A stretch of 64,000 nt of DNA from Lepidodermella squamata (Eukaryota; Animalia; Gastrotricha): positions 1-64,000 of the forward strand of contig JBLDXI010000009.1 in the NCBI GenBank assembly GCA_047495785.1. The letters are read 5' to 3'. The translations under genes and the position numbers were made by a program. Of the stretch, positions 12,091-24,100 are shown in pieces. Position 1 is the stretch's first letter, and every line of letters starts with the position of its first letter. The notes under the pieces are model-generated. The model made no database searches, was not told the origin of the DNA, and saw only the letters and a list, made by a program, of their open reading frames with translations.

Positions 12091-15000
12091 GACCTATTTC
12101 AAAGTTTAAAATTAATTTTTTGAGGTTTCAAATTTCATCACAAGTTGCTCAATCCTGAACCAAGTCATGAATATTTCACGGAATTAGTACTACAAGGACC
12201 GCTGATCGTGAATATCAAGTCACTTTGCCAGTTGCGTTGACCGAAAAGGTTCCAGTGCGATGCCAAATGACCTATTTCGAAGTTGCAAATTAATTTTTTG
12301 AGGTTTCAAATTTCATCACAAGTTGCTCAATCCTGAACCAAGTCATGAATATTTCACGGAATTAGTACTACAAGGACCGCTGATCGTGAATATCAAGTCA
12401 CTTTGCCAGTTGCGTTGACCGAAAAGGTTCCAGAGCGATGCCAAATGACCTATTTCAAAGTTTAAAATTAATTTTTTGAGGTTTCAAATTTCATCACAAG
12501 TTGCTCAATCCTGAACCAAGTCATGAATATTTCTCGGAATTCGTACTACAAGGACCGCTGATCGTGAATATCAAGTCACTTTGCCAGTTGCGTTGACCGA
12601 AAAGGTTCCAGAGCGATGCCAAATGACCTATTTCGAAGTGTAAAATTAATTTTTTGAGGTTTCAAATTTCATCACAAGTTGCTCAATCCTGAACCAAGTC
12701 ATGAATATTTCTCGGAATTAGTACTACAAGGACCGCCGATCGTGAATATCAAGTCACTTTGCCAGTTGCGTTGACCGAAAAGGTTCCAGAGCGATGCCAA
12801 ATGACCTATTTCAAAGTTTAAAATTAATTTTTTGAGGTTTCAAATTTCATCACAAGTTGCTCAATCCTGAACCAAGTCATGAATATTTCACGGAATTAGT
12901 ACTACAAGGACCGCTGATCGTGAATATCAAGTCACTTTGCCAGTTGCGTTGACCGAAAAGGTTCCAGTGCGATGCCAAATGACCTATTTCGAAGTTGCAA
13001 ATTAATTTTTTGAGGTTTCAAATTTCATCACAAGTTGCTCAATCCTGAACCAAGTCATGAATATTTCACGGAATTAGTACTACAAGGACCGCTGATCGTG
13101 AATATCAAGTCACTTTGCCAGTTGCGTTGACCGAAAAGGTTCCAGAGCGATGCCAAATGACCTATTTCGAGGTTTAAAATTAATTTTTTGAGGTTTCAAA
13201 TTTCATCACAAGTTGCTCAATCCTGAACCAAGTCATGAATATTTCACGGAATTAGTACTACAAGGACCGCTGATCGTGAATATCAAGTCACTTTGCCAGT
13301 TGCGTTGACCGAAAAGGTTCCAGAGCGATGCCAAATGACCTATTTCAAAGTTTAAAATTAATTTTTTGAGGTTTCAAATTTCATCACAAGTTGCTCAATC
13401 CTGAACCAAGTCATGAATATTTCACGGAATTAGTACTACAAGGACCGCTGATCGTGAATATCAAGTCACTTTGCCAGTTGCGTTGACCGAAAAGGTTCCA
13501 GAGCGATGCCAAATGACCTATTTCAAAGTATAAAATTAATTTTTTGAGGTTTCAAATTTCATCACAAGTTGCTCAATCCTGAACCAAGTCATGAATATTT
13601 CACGGAATTAGTACTACAAGGACCGCTGATCGTGAATATCAAGTCACTTTGCCAGTTGCGTTGACCGAAAAGGTTCCAGAGCGATGCCAAATGACCTATT
13701 TCAAAGTTTAAAATTAATTTTTTGAGGTTTCAAATTTCATCACAAGTTGCTCAATCCTGAACCAAGTCATGAATATTTCTCGGAATTAGTACTACAAGGA
13801 CCGCCGATCGTGAATATCAAGTCACTTTGCCAGTTGCGTTGACCGAAAAGGTTCCAGAGCGATGCCAAATGACCTATTTCAAAGTTTAAAATTAATTTTT
13901 TGAGGTTTCAAATTTCATCACAAGTTGCTCAATCCTGAACCAAGTCATGAATATTTCACGGAATTAGTACTACAAGGACCGCTGATCGTGAATATCAAGT
14001 CACTTTGCCAGTTGCGTTGACCGAAAAGGTTCCAGTGCGATGCCAAATGACCTATTTCGAAGTTGCAAATTAATTTTTTGAGGTTTCAAATTTCATCACA
14101 AGTTGCTCAATCCTGAACCAAGTCATGAATATTTCACGGAATTAGTACTACAAGGACCGCTGATCGTGAATATCAAGTCACTTTGCCAGTTGCGTTGACC
14201 GAAAAGGTTCCAGAGCGATGCCAAATGACCTATTTCGAGGTTTAAAATTAATTTTTTGAGGTTTCAAATTTCATCACAAGTTGCTCAATCCTGAACCAAG
14301 TCATGAATATTTCACGGAATTAGTACTACAAGGACCGCTGATCGTGAATATCAAGTCACTTTGCCAGTTGCGTTGACCGAAAAGGTTCCAGAGCGATGCC
14401 AAATGACCTATTTCAAAGTTTAAAATTAATTTTTTGAGGTTTCAAATTTCATCACAAGTTGCTCAATCCTGAACCAAGTCATGAATATTTCACGGAATTA
14501 GTACTACAAGGACCGCTGATCGTGAATATCAAGTCACTTTGCCAGTTGCGTTGACCGAAAAGGTTCCAGAGCGATGCCAAATGACCTATTTCAAAGTATA
14601 AAATTAATTTTTTGAGGTTTCAAATTGCATCACAAGTTGCTCAATCCTGAACCAAGTCATGAATATTTCACGGAATTAGTACTACAAGGACCGCTGATCG
14701 TGAATATCAAGTCACTTTGCCAGTTGCGTTGACCGAAAAGGTTCCAGAGCGATGCCAAATGACCTATTTCAAAGTATAAAATTAATTTTTTGAGGTTTCA
14801 AATTGCATCACAAGTTGCTCAATCCTGAACCAAGTCATGAATATTTCACGGAATTAGTACTACAAGGACCGCTGATCGTGAATATCAAGTCACTTTGCCA
14901 GTTGCGTTGACCGAAAAGGTTCCAGAGCGATGCCAAATGACCTATTTCGAGGTTTAAAATTAATTTTTTGAGGTTTCAAATTTCATCACAAGTTGCTCAA

Positions 15001-16244
15001 TCCTGAACCAAGTCATGAATATTTCACGGAATTAGTACTACAAGGACCGCTGATCGTGAATATCAAGTCACTTTGCCAGTTGCGTTGACCGAAAAGGTTC
15101 CAGAGCGATGCCAAATGACCTATTTCAAAGTTTAAAATTAATTTTTTGAGGTTTCAAATTTCATCACAAGTTGCTCAATCCTGAACCAAGTCATGAATAT
15201 TTCACGGAATTAGTACTACAAGGACCGCTGATCGTGAATATCAAGTCACTTTGCCAGTTGCGTTGACCGAAAAGGTTCCAGAGCGATGCCAAATGACCTA
15301 TTTCAAAGTATAAAATTAATTTTTTGAGGTTTCAAATTGCATCACAAGTTGCTCAATCCTGAACCAAGTCATGAATATTTCACGGAATTAGTACTACAAG
15401 GACCGCTGATCGTGAATATCAAGTCACTTTGCCAGTTGCGTTGACCGAAAAGGTTCCAGAGCGATGCCAAATGACCTATTTCAAAGTATAAAATTAATTT
15501 TTTGAGGTTTCAAATTGCATCACAAGTTGCTCAATCCTGAACCAAGTCATGAATATTTCACGGAATTAGTACTACAAGGACCGCTGATCGTGAATATCAA
15601 GTCACTTTGCCAGTTGCGTTGACCGAAAAGGTTCCAGAGCGATGCCAAATGACCTATTTCAAAGTATAAAATTAATTTTTTGAGGTTTCAAATTGCATCA
15701 CAAGTTGCTCAATCCTGAACCAAGTCATGAATATTTCACGGAATTAGTACTACAAGGACCGCTGATCGTGAATATCAAGTCACTTTGCCAGTTGCGTTGA
15801 CCGAAAAGGTTCCAGAGCGATGCCAAATGACCTATTTCAAAGTATAAAATTAATTTTTTGAGGTTTCAAATTTCATCACAAGTTGCTCAATCCTGAACCA
15901 AGTCATGAATATTTCACGGAATTAGTACTACAAGGACCGCTGATCGTGAATATCAAGTCACTTTGCCAGTTGCGTTGACCGAAAAGGTTCCAGAGCGATG
16001 CCAAATGACCTATTTCAAAGTATAAAATTAATTTTTTGAGGTTTCAAATTTCATCACAAGTTGCTCAATCCTGAACCAAGTCATGAATATTTCACGGAAT
16101 TAGTACTACAAGGACCGCTGATCGTGAATATCAAGTCACTTTGCCAGTTGCGTTGACCGAAAAGGTTCCAGAGCGATGCCAAATGACCTATTTCAAAGTT
16201 TAAAATTAATTTTTTGAGGTTTCAAATTTCATCACAAGCTGCTC
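12091..16244 (+). repeat. 178-bp satellite block 3 (~23 monomers)
   Basis: Same monomer, with block-specific variants (AAAGTATAAA, AAATTGCATC, CGAGGTTTAA). Confidence 0.95.
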
Positions 16245-16489
16245 GATGACCGTCTGATATTAAATTTAGGACATGGAACTGTTTATATGAGATAAAATGA
16301 TTACGATAATAGAAACATTCGACGTTTTCAATAAGTCACTAATAAATTATATTATGGGGAAATTAAAATGCTGCTCGATAATAAAATAATGTTTTTCACG
16401 CATGAAATCACGCATTCACGTGATCTTACACACACGAAAAATCAAGCATGTGGCGCCTGACCTTGCTTGGATAAACGTGGCCTGCTGCC

Positions 16490-16525
16490 TATTTAAGTGC
16501 TCAAGCTAGCAGAATAAAATCATTC
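16490..16525 (+). promoter_or_regulatory. Candidate Pol II core promoter (TATTTAA + Inr TCATTC); also at 5498-5533 and 11528-11563
   Basis: TATTTAA begins 32 nt upstream of the A in TCATTC (TCAKTY consensus), just before the hammerhead. Confidence 0.45.
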
Positions 16526-16531
16526 TTTTGC

Positions 16532-16600
16532 AAGAGGTAAAAGTCACTGATGAGCTACCCTAGCCAAGTAGCGAAACCGGTCTGATAAAGGCTACCTCTT
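16532..16600 (+). ncRNA. Type I hammerhead ribozyme, cleavage after C16582
   Basis: Same sequence as the other family-1 hammerheads. Confidence 0.92.
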
Positions 16601-16957
16601 AGTTTACGTTTACATTTTATTCATGGTTTATGCAGTTACAATTGCTGGTTTAACGGGTTTAAGCAGTTACAAACGACAACGTTCTTTGGAGTTTCGGTAA
16701 TGAACTTGTTTAATTAATGTTTGCGAGTTTATATAGCAGTCCCCCGTGACTATCTAATTATATCGGCGAACCCCTCGTGGTCCTGATATTGAATATTATC
16801 GGATTAATCTCGCGCGGTTTCCGATCGTTCCATTGTTTGTTCTGATCACTGAGACCACGTTCTCTGGATCGGCTCCCGAGGGAGTAGTGGTAGGGCCCGG
16901 TGTCATTCTCTTCGGAGAATCCCCGGTTTACAGCTCGTCTGTATTAAATCATTACAA

Positions 16958-17048
16958 TAACCCTAACCCTAACCCTAACCCTAACCCTAACCCTAACCCT
17001 AACCCTAACCCTAACCCTAACCCTAACCCTAACCCTAACCCTAACCCT
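16958..17048 (-). repeat. Telomeric repeat tract (TTAGGG)15, between two retroelements
   Basis: Perfect (TAACCC)n on the + strand. Confidence 0.97.
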
Positions 17049-17192
17049 TTAAGAAGTAAAGGCGTCAACGTAACCTGTAACTTCCAAAAGATGGTAGTAG
17101 CAGGACACTTTTCATGCTGTACTTTATCTCTTCCATCTTCTTTGTTTTAAATAGACTTGTGTTAAATTAAAACGATTTATCAAAGCAATATC

Positions 17193-18109
17193 ATGAGCAT
17201 GCCGCATAAACACGCCAAGTTCAACAACGAAGCGGACAATCAAGGATACAGTAACTACGGCAACCAACGTGGTCGCGGAAGTTACCGCGGAAACCGAGGT
17301 GGATCATCGAACCGAGGTTATAACCACAACAATTTCTCGGGCCAATCGGGCAAGCGTCCCAACAACGAACAAGGAAATGTGGACAACGACCTTCTGGCGA
17401 TCGTCGAAGAGTACACCAGCAACAAGGGCCAGACCGGCTCCACTGACCACGATGCTATGCGTAAGAAAATGTTTTCGGCTCTGAACACTACACTGGAGGC
17501 TACGAAATCGCTAAAAAATCTAGCGGTGCGTAAGAGCGAGATTACCAATAGATCGACGAACGTTATGAGCCTTCTCAAGATAATCAACTCACAGACGGAA
17601 TTCAAGGCCGTGGTTCACGACAACCTTGAAAAGGTAAGAATTGATCGTATTTGACGACTCTATTCAAATTTATAAACAGGCCATGGATCTGGTTCGCAAA
17701 GGCATTCAAAACGAGACAATTGTCTGCTTGATGAAAGCTATGACCGAATGGCTCAACCTGAAGAGCATCTACGACGGAACCGACGAGACCAAGCGCGCAG
17801 AACTCAAGCAAGTCCTCACATCGGTATGGTTGGGTTTTGCAGAGGCTAACGCAGATCTTCAGGGTGAAATGAAACTCGATTGGAACGGGTTCCCAAAGAT
17901 CAGCATGCCAAACGCATTGGAGAAATCGATTACCGAGGCAACAATTTTCAAAATCGCTGTTAAACTTCACGACGAAAAGCAAGCCGACGCTGCCTTAATG
18001 GATCTCACCACGAACTTTTGGCGAATTATCCGCCGCCAAGACGATATGCTCAGTGACGAGCTAGTTCGCAACGGTATCCCGATGGATATAAACCAAGAAG
18101 AGAATCCAA
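17193..18109 (+). CDS. ORF1 of the PLE: RGG/Asn-rich N-terminus plus helical (coiled-coil-like) region; exons 17193-17633 and 17680-18109, continuing via a second intron
   Basis: A 46-nt GTAAGA...AACAG intron (17634-17679) joins the 153-aa and 165-aa ORFs in frame (..LEK|AMDL..); GTAAGT donor at 18110. Confidence 0.8.
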
Positions 18110-18164
18110 GTAAGTTAAAACTTCTTACCTCCGTCTAATAGACTTAAAATTATAATTTGAATAG

Positions 18165-20161
18165 CTCTAACTTGGATAAAATTACTGGATTTCCACGGAA
18201 AAAATTCGAACAGGAAACATAACTCTATTGCGGTTTCTTTGACAACATTATTATTCAACCAAAACTGGAACTTCTCACTAGTTGGGAAATTTTGCCCTTT
18301 CTACCCAAATAAGCTATTATCTTCAAAATTAAAGGAGGACCTAGTGACTACTGCTGTCGAATGTCGGGAACATAAAATCGAGTTTTTGAACAAAAAATCC
18401 CTATTAAAACATTTGACAGCACGGCATTTGATTGATCTAGTTGATATTGAACAAATACCTGAGCTAACTAACACTATTTACCCCGGAGGACAAAAAATCT
18501 TCAACAGTATAGTTATTCACAAAACCGACCCCCCAGCGTTCCCATTATCAAACGAAAATCAAATCTGGGCCGATAAAGGAATTATCGACCTTACCGGGAA
18601 ACTCTCTGATGAGGTGAAGAAGACGCTTTCTCTCGGTTTACAAAGTGTGGTGTTGACTAAACAATGTATCCTTGAAAACTTTGAGGAATTTCAGACACTT
18701 CAAAATCATCTAAAAACAAAAATCCCTCGAAAATTGAACCGAGAATTGGGCCTAGCAACTAATAAACTGCTGAGGAACTCGACAAGCAAACTGGAAATAG
18801 CCCCAGACTCTGTCTGGATTACTAAGGGTGATAAAGGTAATACGATTGTCGCCCTAGACAGAGAAACCTACCAAAGAATGGGGGAAAAATTCTTAGCAAA
18901 TCCCAACACCTATGAACCTTTTACTAACGATGGAAAAGATGACTTTTTGAAATCATTAACCGAATTGAAGAGCTACTGGTTTCGTAATTCGCCTAGCACT
19001 TTCCCAAGCTGGAAAGGTCTTTTCAAAGTAAAAACCGAGCTTCGCACTAAATTCATTTACTTTCTACCAAAATTACACAAAAACCTTGATGAGGAGGGAC
19101 TCTTAAAAGTCCGACCAATTTCTGATTGCACTAACACCTTCACTTCTACTGCTGACAAATTCATCCACAAAAAATTAAGAAACGCGAGGAAAACGTTGGA
19201 AACAGTGGTTCACAGCAGCACCGAAGTATTGGAAAAAATTAGAAAGCTTAATAACTCTCAGGAAGGGTTGGCTCGAGCGGTACTTATCACTGCTGACATC
19301 AGCGATATGTACAACCAAATACCACTTACCGAAGCGGTTGACGCAATAGCCAACTACCTAAATGAATTTGAAGTACTCCTCCCTGAAGCAAGACCCCTAG
19401 TATGTCGGGCAATTTACATTATCCTAAGTAGCAGCATCGTTAAGTTTAACGGAAAATGGTACAAACAAAAACAAGGATTGGCCATGGGAGGCCATCTATC
19501 TCCTTGGGTTGCTAATAATTGGCTCTTCTACATGGAACGAAAACTGTGGCTACTATTCCGGCCCATCCTGGCTTGCCGTTATCTAGATGACCTATTTTCC
19601 ATGTTCCTAAATACAGATAGGGCAGATGCGTTCATGAATGAATACGGAAATCTACACCCTAACATCAAACTGGAAATCACACGCTCAAACCAAAAAGTCC
19701 AATATCTCGACCTAGTCATTTTCAAAGAAGGGAATAAAATCAACACAAGTGTCTTTTTCAAACCCACGGACGGTTTGCAACTACTACACCGCTCATCAGT
19801 CCACCCTGATCACATTTTTACGGGAGTTGTAGAATCCCAAATCTTACGCTATTTCCGAATTTGCTCGGAGTATCGAGACTGGTTAAGGGCATGTCTAAGC
19901 CTATGTAGTAACCTATTAAGGCGGGGATATTCTTGGGAAACACTGGCAAGTTCTGTGAGAAATACTACTATTAAAATCTCCGATCGACCGTGGCCTTTTA
20001 CGGCCAAGAAACGGGGTAACCAAAAGTTCGAAACCAGAAATGTTATTCGATACTGCCCAAGCCTAGAGAAAGGCTACAACTATCTGAAAAAACATGGGCG
20101 GCTCACCTTGAAAATTAATCATAACCTACGAAAGAAATATTGTCGGTCGGAATTCAAATGA
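18165..20161 (+). CDS. Penelope-like reverse transcriptase, no endonuclease; probably translated as a spliced ORF1-RT fusion
   Basis: Motifs KGDKG, YFLPKLHK, RPIS, LITADISDMY, QGLAMGGHLSP, RYLDD, YLDL, LHRSSVHP; stop codon shortly after the thumb with no GIY-YIG; no ATG near the start; frame open from 18161. Confidence 0.93.
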
Positions 20162-20308
20162 ACATGTTTAACTCTAACTCTTTTCCAGGTCACTGAAACA
20201 ATCACGAAGGCATCAATAGCTGGGAGAAAAGACAATGAATTTACTCATTATCCTTTGAATTTAACTCGAATCGAATAAAAACGTTGTGTTCATCTGAAAG
20301 TTTTTTTC

Positions 20309-20866
20309 ATGGTAAAAGGTAACAATCCTAATGTAGCATGGCTCGCTGATCAAGCGGAGGAGGATGTAACAACGAAGTACAGCGATTCATCTGAGGCCTC
20401 TTCCTTAGAAGAATCGGAGAATGACGCCGCAAATACGGCTTTGATCACAAGTAGCAACATCGACCCTACAACTCTAAACCTGATTAGTACACCGCGAATG
20501 AACCTGGCAAGTCACAGTAACTCAACACCGGGTTGCTCAAAATCAAACACCAATACACCTATCGCCTTGAGTCAGAAGAGAAAACGATCTTATGGTTTAC
20601 CTAATGAATCCTACGAACCAGTTAGTCAAAAAGCAAAACGAGAACTAGACTGGTGGGGAAAGATGCAAGAATCGCCACAAGCCTCAAAAATCATGGTATT
20701 CACGAAACTCGGACCGAAACGCTACGGATGTTGCGTCACTGACTGCGATGAAGAACGCCAGCGAGTCGACGGTATGGAAAACCACTTTTTGAACGATCAC
20801 CCTGACCTCTTAGGGATGGCCAAAACACTGATCGCGTTGCGAGATCTGAACAAAAAAGCTAAATAA
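20309..20866 (+). CDS. ORF3 of the PLE: acidic/Ser-rich N-terminus, NLS-like KRKR, C-terminal C2H2 zinc finger
   Basis: 185-aa ATG ORF; C-x4-C-x12-H-x4-H (CCVTDC...HFLNDH); AATAAA at ~20900. Confidence 0.7.
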   Translation: MVKGNNPNVAWLADQAEEDVTTKYSDSSEASSLEESENDAANTALITSSNIDPTTLNLISTPRMNLASHSNSTPGCSKSNTNTPIALSQKRKRSYGLPNESYEPVSQKAKRELDWWGKMQESPQASKIMVFTKLGPKRYGCCVTDCDEERQRVDGMENHFLNDHPDLLGMAKTLIALRDLNKKAK

Positions 20867-21106
20867 GTTGTAGCTCACCTATGCTCTCTGATATGGACAA
20901 ATAAAACGTGAAAAGAGAATGGTACAGTATCTGTAAAACACCGCAACACGGATAACAAATACGAAACTTCACAAACGTAACAAGGCAACGAATGGGAAAC
21001 ATTAAATCAGAACATGTCAAGTTTTACTTAACTCAGATATTAATAGCTAAAACTTGTCAAATTCAAAATAAAAATTATTCTCTTGATCTCACCCCAGTTT
21101 CCATTA

Positions 21107-24100
21107 AAAGCAAGTCCATGGTACTTCTGAGTCCTACGAGTCCGAATATGGTACCAGATTTACGAAGGAATCTCGGGAAAAGATTCCAGGTCGATTTTAG
21201 ATGGCCAATTCTGAAAATTTTGGACCTTTCAAATTTTTCTGAAATTTTTCGGATCTCCGTGCTTTTATCGATGGAAAGCAAGTCCATGGTACTTCTGAGT
21301 CCTACGAGTCCGAATATGGTACCAGATTTACGAAGGAATCTCGGGAAAAGATTCCAGGTCGATTTTAGATGGCCAATTCTGAAAATTTTGGACCTTTCAA
21401 ATTTTTCTGAAATTTTTCGGATCTCCGTGCTTTTATCGATGGAAAGCAAGTCCATGGTACTTCTGAGTCCTACGAGTCCGAATATGGTACCAGATTTACG
21501 AAGGAATCTCGGGAAAAGATTCCAGGTCGATTTTAGATGGCCAATTCTGAAAATTTTGGACCTTTCAAATTTTTATGAAATTTTTCGGATCTCCGTGCTT
21601 TTTTCGATTGAAAGCAAGTCCATGGTACTTCTGAGTCCTACGAGTCCGAATATGGTACCAGATTTACGAAGGAATCTCGGGAAAAGATTCCAGGTCGATT
21701 TTAGATGGCCAATTCTGAAAATTTTGGACCTTTCAAATTTTTCTGAAATTTTTCGGATCTCCGTGCTTTTATCGATGGAAAGCAAGTCCATGGTACTTCT
21801 GAGTCCTACGAGTCCGAATATGGTACCAGATTTACGAAGGAATCTCGGGAAAAGATTCCAGGTCGATTTTAGATGGCCAATTCTGAAAATTTTGGACCTT
21901 TCAAATTTTTCTGAAATTTTTCGGATCTCCGTGTTTTTTTCGATTGAAAGCAAGTCCATGGTACTTCTGAGTCCTACGAGTCCGAATATGGTACCAGATT
22001 TACGAAGGAATCTCGGGAAAAGATTCCAGGTCGATTTTAGATGGCCAATTCTGAAAATTTTGGACCTTTCAAATTTTTCTGAAATTTTTCGGATCTCCGT
22101 GCTTTTATCGATGGAAAGCAAGTCCATGGTACTTCTGAGTCCTACGAGTCCGAATATGGTACCAGATTTACGAAGGAATCTCGGGAAAAGATTCCAGGTC
22201 GATTTTAGATGGCCAATTCTGAAAATTTTGGACCTTTCAAATTTTTCTGAAATTTTTCGGATCTCCGTGCTTTTATCGATGGAAAGCAATTCCATGGTAC
22301 TTCTCAGTCCTACGAGTCCGAATATGGTACCAGATTTACGAAGGAATCTCGGGAAAAGATTCCAGGTCGATTTTAGATGGCCAATTCTGAAAATTTTGGA
22401 CCTTTCAAATTTTTATGAAATTTTTCGGATCTCCGTGCTTTTTTCGATTGAAAGCAAGTCCATGGTACTTCTGAGTCCTACGAGTCCGAATATGGTACCA
22501 GATTTACGAAGGAATCTCGGGAAAAGATTCCAGGTCGATTTTAGATAGCCAATTCTGAAAATTTTGGACCTTTCAAATTTTTCTGAAATTTTTCGAATCT
22601 CCGTGCTTTTATCGATGGAAAGCAATTCCATGGTACTTCTGAGTCCTACGAGTCCGAATATGGTACCAGATTTACGAAGGAATCTCGGGAAAAGATTCCA
22701 GGTCGATTTTAGATGGCCAATTCTGAAAATTTTGGACCTTTCAAATTTTTATGAAATTTTTCGGATCTCCGTGCTTTTTTCGATTGAAAGCAAGTCCATG
22801 GTACTTCTGAGTCCTACGAGTCCGAATATGGTACCAGATTTACGAAGGAATCTCGGGAAAAGATTCCAGGTCGATTTTAGATGGCCAATTCTGAAAATTT
22901 TGGACCTTTCAAATTTTTCTGAAATTTTTCGGATCTCCGTGCTTTTATCGATGGAAAGCAAGTCCATGGTACTTCTGAGTCCTACGAGTCCGAATATGGT
23001 ACCAGATTTACGAAGGAATCTCGGGAAAAGATTCCAGGTCGATTTTAGATGGCCAATTCTGAAAATTTTGGACCTTTCAAATTTTTATGAAATTTTTCGG
23101 ATCTCCGTGTTTTTTTCGATTGAAAGCAAGTCCATGGTACTTCTGAGTCCTACGAGTCCGAATATGGTACCAGATTTACGAAGGAATCTCGGGAAAAGAT
23201 TCCAGGTCGATTTTAGATGGCCAATTCTGAAAATTTTGGACCTTTCAAATTTTTCTGAAATTTTTCGGATCTCCGTGCTTTTATCGATGGAAAGCAAGTC
23301 CATGGTACTTCTGAGTCCTACGAGTCCGAATATGGTACCAGATTTACGAAGGAATCTCGGGAAAAGATTCCAGGTCGATTTTAGATGGCCAATTCTGAAA
23401 ATTTTGGACCTTTCAAATTTTTATGAAATTTTTCGGATCTCCGTGCTTTTATCGATGGAAAGCAAGTCCATGGTACTTCTGAGTCCCACGAGTCCGAATA
23501 TGGTACCAGATTTACGAAGGAATCTCGGGAAAAGATTCCAGGTCGATTTTAGATGGCCAATTCTGAAAATTTTGGACCTTTCAAATTTTTATGAAATTTT
23601 TCGGATCTCCCTGCTTTTTTCGATTGAAAGCAAGTCCATGGTACTTCTGAGTCCTACGAGTCCGAATATGGTACCAGATTTACGAAGGAATCTCGGGAAA
23701 AGATTCCAGGTCGATTTTAGATGGCCAATTCTGAAAATTTTGGACCTTTCAAATTTTTATGAAATTTTTCGGATCTCCGTGTTTTTTTCGATTGAAAGCA
23801 AGTCCATGGTACTTCTGAGTCCTACGAGTCCGAATATGGTACCAGATTTACGAAGGAATCTCGGGAAAAGATTCCAGGTCGATTTTAGATGGCCAATTCT
23901 GAAAATTTTGGACCTTTCAAATTTTTATGAAATTTTTCGGATCTCCGTGTTTTTTTCGATTGAAAGCAAGTCCATGGTACTTCTGAGTCCTACGAGTCCG
24001 AATATGGTACCAGATTTACGAAGGAATCTCGGGAAAAGAATCCAGGTCGATTTTAGATGGCCAATTCTGAAAATTTTGGACCTTTCAAATTTTTATGAAA

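Larger units (their letters stand above)
16245..16957 (+). mobile_element. Family-1 pseudo-LTR/3' module, copy 3, joined to telomeric repeats
   Basis: Scattered SNPs versus copies 1/2; at the TAACCCTAAC motif it runs into a pure telomeric tract instead of the 85-bp tail. Confidence 0.85.

Noticed and set aside
18-16244. CRISPR-like regular repeats
   Set aside because: No unique spacers; head-to-tail satellite in a eukaryotic context
16833-17150. 105-aa ORF with an (NP)n run
   Set aside because: Translation of the telomeric tract
17620-17680. Programmed frameshift between the two ORF1 halves
   Set aside because: A canonical 46-nt GT-AG intron explains the frame change, and there is no slippery heptamer
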